Positions 1 to 12,054 of a stretch of DNA of 64,000 nt are shown piece by piece; position 1 is the stretch's first letter, and the number at the start of each line of letters is the position of its first letter. The notes under the pieces were generated by a model, which was given only the letters and a program-made list of their open reading frames with translations, was not told the DNA's origin and ran no database searches. A program made the position numbers and the translations under genes. The stretch is taken from the sequence record OZ195776.1; one strand, given 5' to 3'.

Positions 1-1800
<1,800 letters not shown>

Positions 1801-1836
1801 ATATAACGACAAACAATTAACTTAAAGGAATCTCAA

Positions 1837-3855
1837 ATGGCGCTATTATCTCCTGGCGTGGAAACCAAAGAGATTAACCTTGCGAGTGCTATCGGCCGAG
1901 CGGCTACAGGCACAGGCGCAATGGTAGGTAAGTTCGAATGGGGTCCAGCTTATCAGCTAACTCAAGTAACTTCCGAATCAGACGTGGTTAGTATCTTTGG
2001 TCGTCCTAACGACTACACTGCTGCTTCATTTTTGACAGCAACAAACTTCCTTCGTTACGCAAATGACCTACGAGTTGTTCGTATTTGTGATGAAGGAACA
2101 GCTAAAAACGCATCAATTGTGTATAACACGATCAATTACGATAGCATTACCGGCACTGGTGGTTTTGCAGTTGGTGAAGAGCTAACAATCACGCTAGGTG
2201 GTTCGGATGCAATTACTGAAAAAGGCAAAGTCCTTGAAGTAGATGGATCTGGCAACCCAATGCGCTTGTGGCTTCCATCAGCGGAAATCATTGCAGATGC
2301 TCAAGCGGAGGGTACGTTCCCTTCAACACGCTCAATTGGTGTTGAAAACGCAACTTCTCAAACAGCTCAGTTGGTAACTCCTGTAATCGTACAAGATGCG
2401 AATATCTATTTCCCGAATCGCGATTTAGCGTTTGGCGCAATGACAGCAATCGATGATTCTGGTATCGCACCTACGTTCGGCGACGAGTCGGACAAATTCG
2501 ATTACCCTCGTATTGTCGCTCAGTATGTTGGTGAATTCGGCGATGGTGTATCAGTTGAAGTAATCAACTATGACGATTACCAAGCAGCATTTACGTTCAG
2601 CGCTGATGCAGGTTGGACTCGTGGTGAAATTGACCTACCAGTTTACCCAGATGGTGGTATTCGTACCCTGAACCTAGCAAGTACGTTCCAATTCGGTCCG
2701 GAAAACGCAAATCAATACGCTGTAGTAGTTCGTGTTGGTGGTGAAGTTCTTGAAACTCATATCGTTTCTACGAGCCCATCAGACCGTGACGTAAACGGTC
2801 AAACTATCTTCATTGACGAATACTTCGAAAATGGTGGCAGTCAGTACATCTTCGCTATTTCACAAGGTTGGATTACAGCATCAGGTGCTTACAACTTCGG
2901 TGGTGGTGTTGATAACGCAGCTCAAGCTGGCGATTGGATGCTTGGGTACGATATGCTTTCTGATCCAGAATTGCTAACTGTGAATCTTGTTGTTGTGGGC
3001 AATGCAGCAGCAGAAACCGTAGCAATTGCAAGTGAAGTGCAGAAATACGCAGTAACGTCTATCGGCGCAATCCGTCAAGACTGTGTTGTATTCTGTTCAC
3101 CACCAGCAGCTCACGTTGTTAATAAAACTGCAACCGATGCAGTGGACAACATCGTTGGTTGGAGAACTGGTATCGATCCGACAGATGGTCAAGCAGTAAA
3201 CGACAACTTGAATGTTTCGTCTACATACGCAGTTATCGATGGTAACTACAAATACATGTACGACAAGTACAGTGATCGCAACCGTTGGGTTCCTCTTGCA
3301 GGTGACATCGCCGGTCTTTGTGCGTTCACGGACCAAGTTGGTCAACCTTGGATGTCTCCAGCAGGTTTCAACCGTGGTCAAATCGCAGGTGTAAGCCGTC
3401 TGGCTATCGACCTACGTCGTGCTCACCGTGACCGTCTATATGAATTGGGCATCAACCCAGTTGTTGGATTCTCTGGTCAAGGCTTCGTGCTTTACGGTGA
3501 CAAAACCGCAACTACTCAAGCAAGTGCATTCGATCGTATCAACGTACGTCGTCTGTTCAACATGTTGAAGAAAGCGATTAGTGATTCTGCAAAATACAAG
3601 CTATTCGAACTGAACAACGCGTTCACTCGTAGCAGCTTCAAGTCAGAAATCGACTCATACTTGACTAACATTCAAGATTTGGGTGGCATTTACGACTTCA
3701 TGGTAGTTTGTGACGAATCGAACAACCCAGGATCTATAGTTGACCGCAACGAGTTTGTGGCAAGCATCTATATCAAGCCTGCACGTTCAATCAACTTCAT
3801 CACATTGAACTTCGTTGCTACGGCAACTGACGCAGACTTCTCTGAGTTAGTCTAA
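1837..3855 (+). CDS. 18: Tail sheath protein (gp18)
   Basis: MALLSPGVETKE N-terminus, FEWGP, WMSPAGFNRG, FDRINVRRLF, YIKPARSINFITLNF. Confidence 0.98.
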   Translation: MALLSPGVETKEINLASAIGRAATGTGAMVGKFEWGPAYQLTQVTSESDVVSIFGRPNDYTAASFLTATNFLRYANDLRVVRICDEGTAKNASIVYNTINYDSITGTGGFAVGEELTITLGGSDAITEKGKVLEVDGSGNPMRLWLPSAEIIADAQAEGTFPSTRSIGVENATSQTAQLVTPVIVQDANIYFPNRDLAFGAMTAIDDSGIAPTFGDESDKFDYPRIVAQYVGEFGDGVSVEVINYDDYQAAFTFSADAGWTRGEIDLPVYPDGGIRTLNLASTFQFGPENANQYAVVVRVGGEVLETHIVSTSPSDRDVNGQTIFIDEYFENGGSQYIFAISQGWITASGAYNFGGGVDNAAQAGDWMLGYDMLSDPELLTVNLVVVGNAAAETVAIASEVQKYAVTSIGAIRQDCVVFCSPPAAHVVNKTATDAVDNIVGWRTGIDPTDGQAVNDNLNVSSTYAVIDGNYKYMYDKYSDRNRWVPLAGDIAGLCAFTDQVGQPWMSPAGFNRGQIAGVSRLAIDLRRAHRDRLYELGINPVVGFSGQGFVLYGDKTATTQASAFDRINVRRLFNMLKKAISDSAKYKLFELNNAFTRSSFKSEIDSYLTNIQDLGGIYDFMVVCDESNNPGSIVDRNEFVASIYIKPARSINFITLNFVATATDADFSELV

Positions 3856-3898
3856 TCACTATGGGGTGGGAAACCACCCCTAATAAAAGGAAAAAACA

Positions 3899-4399
3899 AT
3901 GGCAATTAACGTTGATAACATCAAACGTGCCTTCGGTTCTGGTGATTTTGCGCGTTCAAACTTGTTTGAAGTAGAAATCCCATACCTAGGTGAAAACTTC
4001 AAATTCCAATGTCGTGCATCTGCAATGCCACCAGGTACTGTTGAGAAAATCGAAGTGTCGTACCAAAACCGCAAATTCAACATTGCTGGTGACCGTACGT
4101 TCGATGATTGGAATGTAACGGTATACAACGACCAAGAACACACAGTTCGTCGTTCGTTGATGGCTTGGCAAAACCGCATGGCTGGTTTGAGCAAAGAAGT
4201 ATCAGGCGAAGCACCTGACGCATACAAGCGTGAAGGTACAATTACGCAGCTTGACCGTAACGGTGATCCTGTTACATCAGCATCCGTGTACGGTATTTTC
4301 CCAACAACTGTTGGCGAAGTGGCGTTTGACTGGGATTCGAATAACGAAATCCAGACTTTTGAAGTAACATTCAGTTTGGATTACTTCTCAGTATCGTAA
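3899..4399 (+). CDS. 19: Tail tube protein (gp19)
   Basis: GDFARSNLFEV, NIAGDRTFDDWNVTVYND, FDWDSNNEIQTFEVTF; follows gp18. Confidence 0.97.
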   Translation: MAINVDNIKRAFGSGDFARSNLFEVEIPYLGENFKFQCRASAMPPGTVEKIEVSYQNRKFNIAGDRTFDDWNVTVYNDQEHTVRRSLMAWQNRMAGLSKEVSGEAPDAYKREGTITQLDRNGDPVTSASVYGIFPTTVGEVAFDWDSNNEIQTFEVTFSLDYFSVS

Positions 4400-4476
4400 A
4401 ATTACGACGCTAAATACCGGTAAGAACGAAAGGGTGAGCCTGTCTCGCCCTTTTACTATCGCATCAGAGGAACGAC

Positions 4477-6006
4477 ATGTTAGAATTTTTAAAGTTCTGG
4501 GACAAGCAAGAACAAGACGACCAAAAGGAAGCACAACGCTCTCCGATTAAGTCTTTCGCTGCTCCCGACAACATAGACGGTGCGACTGAAGTCGAACAGA
4601 GTATGCTTGGTCCAATGATGGCCGGCATGACAAACGTCAATGGCGAAGACAGTCGTCCAAAAATCCGAGAATTGGTTCGTACTTACCGTGGCTTAGCAAA
4701 CTACCACGAGGTAGATGACGCGATTCAAGAAATCGTTGATGAAGCCATTGTGGTTGAAGACGGCAAAGAAGTCGTTTGGTTGGATATGGATTCAACGGAC
4801 TTCTCGGAAAACATAAAAAAACGAATTGACGAAGAATTTGGCAAAATTGTCCAAATGTTAAAACTTCGTAAGCACGGCCACAAGTGGTTCCGTCGTTGGT
4901 ACGTGGATAGCAGAATTTACTTCCACAAAATCCTCGATAAGGACAACAACATCATTGAGCTACGTCCATTGGACCCAACCAAGTTGGAGTTAGTTCGTGA
5001 GATTAAGAAAGAAGAACGCGAAGGCGTTCAAGTGGTCGTTGGTACAGTTGAATACTACTTGTACAAGTCAGGCAACGGTAGTGGCTACGTCTGGACTCAG
5101 AATCATCAAAGCGAAGTTCGCATTCCAAAAGAAGCGATTGTGTTTGCTCATTCTGGTCAATATGATAGCTGTGGGGATTCACCATTTATTATTGGTTACC
5201 TACACCGCGCAATTAAGCCAGCCAACCAACTTAAAATGTTGGAAGACGCACTTGTAATTTACCGTTTATCACGCGCACCAGAACGTCGAGTTTTCTACGT
5301 TGATGTTGGTAACCTACCGACAAACAAAGCGCAGCAGTACGTAAACGGCATCATTAACTCAGTAAAAAATCGCCTCGTATACGATACCAACACCGGTAAG
5401 GTTAAAAACCAAACCAGTGCTATGTCGATGCTTGAGGATTATTACCTACCGCGCCGTGAGGGTGGTAAGGGTACTGAAGTAACTACGCTTCCAAGTGGCC
5501 AAAACCTTGGTGAAATTGAAGACGTACAATACTTCAACCGTAAATTGTTCAAAGCGATGTACATTCCATCTAGTCGCGCAGCCTCGGAAGATATGCAACA
5601 AGGCATTTCGTTTGGCGGTGGTGGTGAAATTACACGTGACGAGCTGAAGTTTAGTAAATTTATTCGCCGTCTACAATCTCGTTTCGAGCAAATCATGCTT
5701 GATCCACTGAAACATCAGCTAATTGTTAACAACATAATTACTGAACAAGAGTGGGACGAAAACGTAGAACGACTGTACGTGACCTTCAACAAGGACTCGT
5801 ACTTCGAAGAAGCTAAAGATTTAGAGATACTAAATAGTCGTATGAACGCACTTCGCGAGATACAAGAACACGTTGGTGTGTACTTCAGTAACGCGTATGT
5901 GCAAAAAGAGATTTTGCGTCTTTCAGATGACCAGATCGAGACAATCGCTAAGGAAATCGAAGAAGAACAGTCAAATCCACAATTTAAACGAGATGACGGA
6001 TTTTAA
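4477..6006 (+). CDS. 20: Portal vertex protein (gp20)
   Basis: WYVDSRIYFHK, YLHRAIKPANQLKMLEDALVIYRLSRAPERRVFYVDVGN, EDYYLPRREG. Confidence 0.98.
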   Translation: MLEFLKFWDKQEQDDQKEAQRSPIKSFAAPDNIDGATEVEQSMLGPMMAGMTNVNGEDSRPKIRELVRTYRGLANYHEVDDAIQEIVDEAIVVEDGKEVVWLDMDSTDFSENIKKRIDEEFGKIVQMLKLRKHGHKWFRRWYVDSRIYFHKILDKDNNIIELRPLDPTKLELVREIKKEEREGVQVVVGTVEYYLYKSGNGSGYVWTQNHQSEVRIPKEAIVFAHSGQYDSCGDSPFIIGYLHRAIKPANQLKMLEDALVIYRLSRAPERRVFYVDVGNLPTNKAQQYVNGIINSVKNRLVYDTNTGKVKNQTSAMSMLEDYYLPRREGGKGTEVTTLPSGQNLGEIEDVQYFNRKLFKAMYIPSSRAASEDMQQGISFGGGGEITRDELKFSKFIRRLQSRFEQIMLDPLKHQLIVNNIITEQEWDENVERLYVTFNKDSYFEEAKDLEILNSRMNALREIQEHVGVYFSNAYVQKEILRLSDDQIETIAKEIEEEQSNPQFKRDDGF

Positions 6007-6017
6007 AAGGTTTTAAT

Positions 6018-6185
6018 ATGAGCTTAGAAGCAATGGTGCAAGCAGCACGTGATGGTAAAATTAACGATTTCGATACAGCATTCAATTCTGTAATGGCGCA
6101 ACGCACCATGCAGCGTATCGAAGACAATAAAGTGGAAATTGGTAAATCTGTTCGAGTAGACGGGGAGTATACCAAGGAGGACTAA
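6018..6185 (+). CDS. 67: Prohead core protein (gp67), 55 aa, not in ORF track
   Basis: Hand translation MSLEAMVQAARDGKINDFDTAFNSVMAQRTMQRIEDNKVEIGKSV...; sits between gp20 and gp68 with TAATG overlap. Confidence 0.8.
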   Translation: MSLEAMVQAARDGKINDFDTAFNSVMAQRTMQRIEDNKVEIGKSVRVDGEYTKED

Positions 6186-6697
6186 TGAAGTTCATCACAG
6201 AATCCCAAGAGCAGCAAACAATCGAAGATATGGTTGAATCGGTGGTTATCGGTTCAATCGACAAAGAGCAGGTACACAAAGAACTGTTTGATTACGCAGA
6301 GCAACATGAGCTTGGTGCATATTCGCACAAGTCAATTGTAGAAAGTGTAAACCTAACAGTTCAAGTTCTGGAAGCAATGGCTGACGGATTGTGTGACTTG
6401 GATTCGGTCGATTCCTTCCTTGAAGCATTTGCTGATGAGTACGGCTTAGACGAAGCGACAGTTAAGCGTGTTTCGGTTGCGTCAAAACGCAGCGGTGGCA
6501 AGCTAGTAACTAAAGTGAAAGACCGCAAGACGCGCGCACGAAAAGCCGCATCTACAACTGGTCTGTCAAAATCTTCACTACGCAAACGTGCTCGTAAGGC
6601 TGCCAAGACGAAACGCCGTACAGGTGGATCGCAAAAGAAAAAATCTCAGCGTCTACGTGCTAAATCAATGAAAAAACGTAAGCAAATGGGACTATAA
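6185..6697 (+). CDS. 68: Prohead core protein (gp68)
   Basis: Basic C-terminus KVKDRKTRARKAASTTGLSKSSLRKRARKAAKTKR; synteny. Confidence 0.9.
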   Translation: MKFITESQEQQTIEDMVESVVIGSIDKEQVHKELFDYAEQHELGAYSHKSIVESVNLTVQVLEAMADGLCDLDSVDSFLEAFADEYGLDEATVKRVSVASKRSGGKLVTKVKDRKTRARKAASTTGLSKSSLRKRARKAAKTKRRTGGSQKKKSQRLRAKSMKKRKQMGL

Positions 6698-6699
6698 AC

Positions 6700-7359
6700 A
6701 TGGCAGAACAATTATTAATCGAATCTTGGGGCACTCCTTACCACGTGGATGATAGCGGCGTTTACGCACTTATCGAAGCGAAGGTTGAAAGCGATGGCCC
6801 TATGTACATCGAAGGCGTTTTCATGCAAGCAGATGTCGTAAACCGTAATGGTCGTCGATATCCAAAAAAAGTTATGGAAAAAGCCGTTGATAAATACATT
6901 ACAGAACAGGTGGTAACGCGACAAGCCCTTGGCGAGTTGAATCACCCTTCCCGTTCTAACGTTGATCCAGCAGAAGCTGCAATTCGAATTACTGAATTGT
7001 GGTGGGATGGGGCCAATGTAATGGGTAAAGCAATAGTACTGGACACTACCAAAGGTAAAGAAGTCCAAGCGCTTATCAAAGGCGGTTGGGTACCTGGAGT
7101 TAGCTCTCGTGGTCTCGGATCTGTTAAACAGGTTGGTGGCATTAACGAAGTGCAAGATTTCAGACTAACCGTTGGCGTAGATGTCGTGTGGGGACCTAGT
7201 GCTCCTAACGCTTATGTACGCGCAGTAAATGAAAGTACCCAACATCCTGCTGAAAAAGCGGCAATCAATACACCAATTTCTGAAAATTCTGACGAAAATT
7301 CTGCAAATTTGGACGCTGATTTCGCAAAACTGGCGGAAACATTAGAAAAACTCTTATAA
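6700..7359 (+). CDS. 21: Prohead protease (gp21)
   Basis: IEGVFMQADVVNRNGRRYPK, ALGELNHP, GVSSRGLGS, VDVVWGPSAPNAYV. Confidence 0.97.
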   Translation: MAEQLLIESWGTPYHVDDSGVYALIEAKVESDGPMYIEGVFMQADVVNRNGRRYPKKVMEKAVDKYITEQVVTRQALGELNHPSRSNVDPAEAAIRITELWWDGANVMGKAIVLDTTKGKEVQALIKGGWVPGVSSRGLGSVKQVGGINEVQDFRLTVGVDVVWGPSAPNAYVRAVNESTQHPAEKAAINTPISENSDENSANLDADFAKLAETLEKLL

Positions 7360-7362
7360 GTA
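7355..7362 (+). promoter_or_regulatory. T4-type late promoter variant TATAAGTA (gp22)
   Basis: One mismatch to TATAAATA, about 30 nt upstream of gp22; same 8-mer upstream of gp23. Confidence 0.7.
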
Positions 7363-7392
7363 CTATAAGAAAATCTTTAAAGGAAACAGGAA

Positions 7393-8238
7393 ATGCATAT
7401 CAAAGAGCAATTACTGGAAGCAGTATCTCAAGATGATACTCAAATCACTGCAGCTCTTGACGGCATCTTCGAGTCTGTTGAACTTTCCGAAGGTGTTCGC
7501 GAGAAGTTCAGCGTAGTATTTGAAAGTGCTATCAAAGCAAAAGCTGTTGAGCTTGCTGAAAGCTACATTACCGAAGCTGCTGACAAAGCAGAAGAAGTTA
7601 TCGCAGAGCATAAACAAGAGCTTAACGAAGCTGCTGAAAAGTACGGCGATCACATCGCTGAACAAATGTCAAACAAACTAGATTCTTACCTTGACCACGT
7701 TGTTGACGCATGGATGGCAGAAAACAAACTTGCTATCGAAAACGGTCTAAAAGTTTCAATGTTCGACAATATGATGGAAGGCATGAAAGATCTGTTCGTT
7801 GAGAACAACATCGAATGTCCGGAAGACAAGATTGACGTAGTTGAAACAATGGAAGAAAACATCCAAGACCTTGAGTCTCAACTTGATTCTGTTATCTGCG
7901 AAAATCGCAAGTACAAAGACTACGCATCATACGTTGAGAAGAACATCGTTATCGATGAAGCAACTGCAAACATGACTGAGTCTCAAAAAGAGAAAGTTCT
8001 GACTCTTGCAGAATCAATTCGCTTCGACGAAAACTTCAAGTCTAATCTTCACGCTGTAATCGATTTCGCTGCTGGTATCCAACTTTCAGAAGTTGAAGCG
8101 CCTGCGAAGAAAGACGAAGACGAAGAAGATGATATGGCATCTGAAAAAGATGACAAAAAAGACGACAAAAAAGACGATATGAAAGAACAATTCGTTCCTC
8201 GTATGTCACAATACCTGAGCGCTACCAACCTAAGCTAA
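7393..8238 (+). CDS. 22: Prohead scaffold protein (gp22)
   Basis: Acidic helical protein with YLDHVVDAWMAENKLAIENGLK; between gp21 and gp23. Confidence 0.95.
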   Translation: MHIKEQLLEAVSQDDTQITAALDGIFESVELSEGVREKFSVVFESAIKAKAVELAESYITEAADKAEEVIAEHKQELNEAAEKYGDHIAEQMSNKLDSYLDHVVDAWMAENKLAIENGLKVSMFDNMMEGMKDLFVENNIECPEDKIDVVETMEENIQDLESQLDSVICENRKYKDYASYVEKNIVIDEATANMTESQKEKVLTLAESIRFDENFKSNLHAVIDFAAGIQLSEVEAPAKKDEDEEDDMASEKDDKKDDKKDDMKEQFVPRMSQYLSATNLS

Positions 8239-8246
8239 TCAGGCTT

Positions 8247-8254
8247 TATAAGTA
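8247..8254 (+). promoter_or_regulatory. Late promoter TATAAGTA (gp23)
   Basis: Directly upstream of the gp23 RBS. Confidence 0.7.
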
Positions 8255-8285
8255 ATTGTATATTCAATCAAAGGAATTTTCTAAG

Positions 8286-9839
8286 ATGAAATTAACAGAA
8301 AAATGGAAAGAACTGCTTGAAGCTGAAGGCGCTCCAGAAATCGCGACTGCTTCCAAAGCAAAAATCATGGCTAAGATTTTCGAAAACCAAGATTCGGACA
8401 TCAACCATGATCCAGCATACCGCGATCCTCAGTTGATCGAAGCATTTAATGCTGGTCTAACTGAAGCACAAATTGGTGGTGACCACGGTTATAATGCGGA
8501 CAATATCGCAAAAGGCCAAACTTCTGGTTCAGTAACAAACATCGGTCCTACTGTAATGGGTATGGTTCGTCGTGCGATTCCAAACCTTATCGCGTTTGAC
8601 GTATGTGGCGTGCAGCCAATGTCAGGTCCAACTTCACAAGTGTTTACACTTCGCACAGTTTACGGTAGCAACCCTACTGATGCTAATGCACGTGAAGCGT
8701 TCCACCCAACTAACGCTCCAGACGCGTCGTTCTCTGGTCAAGCTGCTGCTGCAGTAATTGCAGACCTTCCAAACGGTGCACTAACTTCAGGTACTGCGTA
8801 CAAAGCAACCATGATTGGTTCTGAAACTGGTACAGAAGTTCGTTACTTCCTAGCAATCACAAGTGCAACAATCACTCTAGCAACTGCTGGTGAAGTGACT
8901 GCAGCAGAATACCAAACGCTAATCACTGGCGGCAACGTAACAGAAATCGATGCTGGTATGGCAACGTCTCAAGCAGAACTACAAGAAGGCTTCAACGGTT
9001 CTTCTGGTAACGCTTGGAACGAAATGAGCTTCCGTATCGACAAACAAGTTGTTGAAGCGAAGTCTCGTCAATTGAAAGCACAATACTCAATTGAGCTTGC
9101 ACAAGATCTACGCGCTGTTCACGGCCTTGACGCTGATGCAGAGCTATCTGGTATTCTTGCTAACGAAGTAATGGTTGAAATCAACCGCGAAATCATCAAC
9201 TTGATTAACGCACAAGCGCAAATCGGTGCTTCTGGTTGGACATCAACTGCAGCATCTGGTGTATTCAACTTCGGTAACTCAACTGATATCCGCGGTGCTC
9301 GTTGGGCTGGTGAAAGCTACAAAGCTCTACTAATCCAAATCGAAAAAGAAGCTAACGAAATCGGTCGTCAGACTGGTCGTGGTGTTGGTAACTTCATCAT
9401 CGCTTCTCGCAACGTTGTTTCTGCTCTTGCAATGACTGATACAATGGTTGGTCCTGCTGCTCAAGGTATGCAAAAAGGCGACATGAACACTGATACAAGT
9501 GCTTCAGTTTACGCTGGTGTTCTTGGTGGTAAGTACAAAGTGTACATCGACCAATACGCAGTAAGTGATTACTTCACAGTTGGTTACAAAGGTTCAAACG
9601 AAATGGACGCTGGTATCTTCTACAGCCCATACGTACCATTGACTCCACTACGTGGTAGCGATTCTCGTAACTTCCAACCAGTAATTGGTTTCAAAACTCG
9701 TTACGGTATCCAAGTTAACCCGTTTGCTGATCCAACTCAAACACCTAACGGTGCTGGTAAAGTATCAGGCGGCATGCCTGCTGCAACAAACATGGGCAAA
9801 AACTGCTACTTCCGTCGCGTATTCGTACAAGGTCTATAA
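8286..9839 (+). CDS. 23: Major capsid protein (gp23); start placed at MKLTEKW after AAGGA
   Basis: IGGDHGY, GMVRRAIPNLIAFDVCGVQPM, KSRQLKAQYSIELAQDLRAVHG, FQPVIGFKTRYG. Confidence 0.99.
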   Translation: MKLTEKWKELLEAEGAPEIATASKAKIMAKIFENQDSDINHDPAYRDPQLIEAFNAGLTEAQIGGDHGYNADNIAKGQTSGSVTNIGPTVMGMVRRAIPNLIAFDVCGVQPMSGPTSQVFTLRTVYGSNPTDANAREAFHPTNAPDASFSGQAAAAVIADLPNGALTSGTAYKATMIGSETGTEVRYFLAITSATITLATAGEVTAAEYQTLITGGNVTEIDAGMATSQAELQEGFNGSSGNAWNEMSFRIDKQVVEAKSRQLKAQYSIELAQDLRAVHGLDADAELSGILANEVMVEINREIINLINAQAQIGASGWTSTAASGVFNFGNSTDIRGARWAGESYKALLIQIEKEANEIGRQTGRGVGNFIIASRNVVSALAMTDTMVGPAAQGMQKGDMNTDTSASVYAGVLGGKYKVYIDQYAVSDYFTVGYKGSNEMDAGIFYSPYVPLTPLRGSDSRNFQPVIGFKTRYGIQVNPFADPTQTPNGAGKVSGGMPAATNMGKNCYFRRVFVQGL

Positions 9840-9861
9840 GACTAAGTCGAAACAAAGACAC

Positions 9862-9888
9862 AAAAAGCCACCTTCGGGTGGCTTTTTT
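9862..9888 (+). terminator. Rho-independent terminator after gp23
   Basis: AAAAAGCCACC-TTCG-GGTGGCTTTTTT; UUCG tetraloop and U tract. Confidence 0.92.
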
Positions 9889-9900
9889 CGTTTCTGGACA

Positions 9901-9951
9901 AAATTATTTTTAAACCCCGTTGTCTCCAAATCAAAATACTGTAATATGGGC
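9901..9951 (+). promoter_or_regulatory. Early promoter GTTGTC-N17-TAATAT with AT-rich UP element
   Basis: GTTGTC 9919-9924 and TAATAT 9942-9947, followed by GGGC; same architecture recurs elsewhere in the window. Confidence 0.85.
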
Positions 9952-9990
9952 CTCAGTTAAGCAAGACCAACCCATTCCAAGGAGACAGTT

Positions 9991-11184
9991 ATGTCAGTAC
10001 AACAAGCAACTAAATTCGAAAACGTTCTTAGCCTAAACTGCATCAACACTGCTGCTTTTGAAGCACGCGTTGAAGATGTAAACAAAATCGCTAAACGTTT
10101 GGGTCTTGATCCAATCACTTTCACTTACGGTGAAATCACTTCTGTTGTTAAACAAGGTGTTCATGGCAAATACAAAGAGCACTTCGTTGAAGTTACAATC
10201 ACTGGCGAGTACCCAACATACAATGGTTGGTCTTTCGTTACTCTCCTTGACCACGAAGAAGGTCTCGTTCGTTCATTCGGTGAAACAAACCACCGTCATC
10301 TAATCGGCGATACTACTTGTCATCACTGTAACACTAAGCGCTCTCGTTCTAAAACGTTCGTAATCACTAACGATGATAAAGAAATGCAGGTTGGTGGTGC
10401 TTGTCTGAAATACTACATCAACACCAAAACAACCAACTCTCTAACATCTTTTTACTCTGCATTTGATGCGTTCTTTGACGATTACCCAATGGGTGGTGGT
10501 TACGCTGCTAATCCAGTATTCTTGGTAGAAGATACTATCAAATGGTGTTGGGTAGATGTTCAAGAACGTGGTTACAAAGGTACTCACTCTGAATTATCAA
10601 CTCGTCGCGTTGTTTCTGGTATCTTGAACCCACCAGCTGGTGATTACGGTAAAGAAGACCGTGCACGTCGTGATGATTACACTGCGCGCTACGACCTTGA
10701 ACAAGCTGAGAAAGAAGCTGCTAAAATCATTGATTGGGTGAAAGCTCTTGAACCTAAAACTGATTTTGAACACAACATCAAAGCATGTATTGAGCGTGGG
10801 TTTGTTTCTTCTAAAGGATTTGGATTCACTTGCGCTGCAATCGTTGCTTACAACAAAGCTCAAGACAACGACATTCTTGCTAAGAAGAAAGTTAAGGAAG
10901 TTTTGGTTTCTAATTACATCGGCACTATCAAGAAACGTGAAGAGTTTGAATTAACTCTAGAACATGTGTTCGTAAGCGAAGGTTACTACGGTGACACTTA
11001 CATTCACAAGTTCACCGATCTTAACGGTAATGTTGTAACTTGGTTCGGTACGAAACGTCTATCACACAAAGATGGTAGCGCAGTAGGTGTTACTGACACG
11101 GTTAAAGTTAAAGCCACTGTTAAAGAACATGCTGAATACAAAGACGTTAAGCAAACGGTTGTACAAAGAGTAACTGTCGCGTAA
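9991..11184 (+). CDS. Early hypothetical protein with CxxC motif and probable C-terminal OB-fold
   Basis: 397 aa, phage-typical codon use, CHHC...C motif, C-terminal beta-rich segment; behind an early promoter. Confidence 0.7.
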   Translation: MSVQQATKFENVLSLNCINTAAFEARVEDVNKIAKRLGLDPITFTYGEITSVVKQGVHGKYKEHFVEVTITGEYPTYNGWSFVTLLDHEEGLVRSFGETNHRHLIGDTTCHHCNTKRSRSKTFVITNDDKEMQVGGACLKYYINTKTTNSLTSFYSAFDAFFDDYPMGGGYAANPVFLVEDTIKWCWVDVQERGYKGTHSELSTRRVVSGILNPPAGDYGKEDRARRDDYTARYDLEQAEKEAAKIIDWVKALEPKTDFEHNIKACIERGFVSSKGFGFTCAAIVAYNKAQDNDILAKKKVKEVLVSNYIGTIKKREEFELTLEHVFVSEGYYGDTYIHKFTDLNGNVVTWFGTKRLSHKDGSAVGVTDTVKVKATVKEHAEYKDVKQTVVQRVTVA

Positions 11185-11291
11185 TAAGCGATTTACGACA
11201 TAAGGTGGCAAATGCCACCTTTTCTTGGTTTTAAGCGCTTAGAATCGATTTTAGACCGCTAAATACCCCCACAACGATATAAGGGATACCC

Positions 11292-11921
11292 ATGAAAAAA
11301 GAAGAATTGGAAGATCACGTTAGTGACCTGAGTAAAAAAGACCTTTACGATTTCGCCTTGGAACACTTCGGCATCAAATTAGATACCCGTCGTCGTCCAG
11401 AGGTGGTACTCGAAACATTCTACAAACGTGTTGCTAAGAGAGACCCGATCAAGCCATTCGCTCGTCCCAAAAACGTTGTTCGTGACCCATTTGCTCACAT
11501 CGATGCAGATGAAGTTGAAGAACCTGTAATAGAGGATTTGAATGATGCCGAAACTGAGACGGTTGAAATCACCGAAGTTCAAGTGCAAGATTTGTCAAAT
11601 GGAACTGACGAGTTGCGAAGAGACTTGCAACCAGACGAACTCGAAAGAGTGGAAGAAACGCCGGTCTTTATTAACCCGACGTACCAGCTCAACATGAGTG
11701 ACGGAACATTACGTTTCGCTCAAGTTGCGTATCACGTAACGGATGTACTTGAAGACCTAAAAGCAGGTGGGAAGTTGAAAGATTTGTCATTAGCTGCTGA
11801 TGTTTTAGGACATGTACTAACCACGATTCAGTATGCACGCCAACTAGGCAGCGTTACTGTACGAGAAACCCGCAACAGCGGATTCCTCAAATATAAAGCG
11901 TCAGATTTCGCAAGAGTCTAA
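11292..11921 (+). CDS. inh: Inh-like protein (prohead protease inhibitor/minor head protein), paralogue 1
   Basis: N-terminal FGIKLD, acidic linker, C-terminal GSVTVRETRNSGF matching T4 Inh GSVLIRETRNSSF. Confidence 0.8.
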   Translation: MKKEELEDHVSDLSKKDLYDFALEHFGIKLDTRRRPEVVLETFYKRVAKRDPIKPFARPKNVVRDPFAHIDADEVEEPVIEDLNDAETETVEITEVQVQDLSNGTDELRRDLQPDELERVEETPVFINPTYQLNMSDGTLRFAQVAYHVTDVLEDLKAGGKLKDLSLAADVLGHVLTTIQYARQLGSVTVRETRNSGFLKYKASDFARV

Positions 11922-12046
11922 TACGTGAGCGACCGCACCAAAAGCGGTCGCACATCCTCCCAACCAAACCCTCCAAACATCCTCATTGTTCATATCCCCT
12001 CAAAAAAATCTCCATCATATTTGCTTGAAGTATTTGTCGAATGACG

Positions 12047-12054
12047 CATAAATA
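12047..12054 (+). promoter_or_regulatory. Late promoter variant CATAAATA
   Basis: One mismatch to TATAAATA, 25 nt upstream of 12080. Confidence 0.6.

Noticed and set aside
8130-8180. GACAAAAAAGAC repeats in gp22
   Set aside because: Encode the low-complexity DDKK tail typical of scaffold proteins
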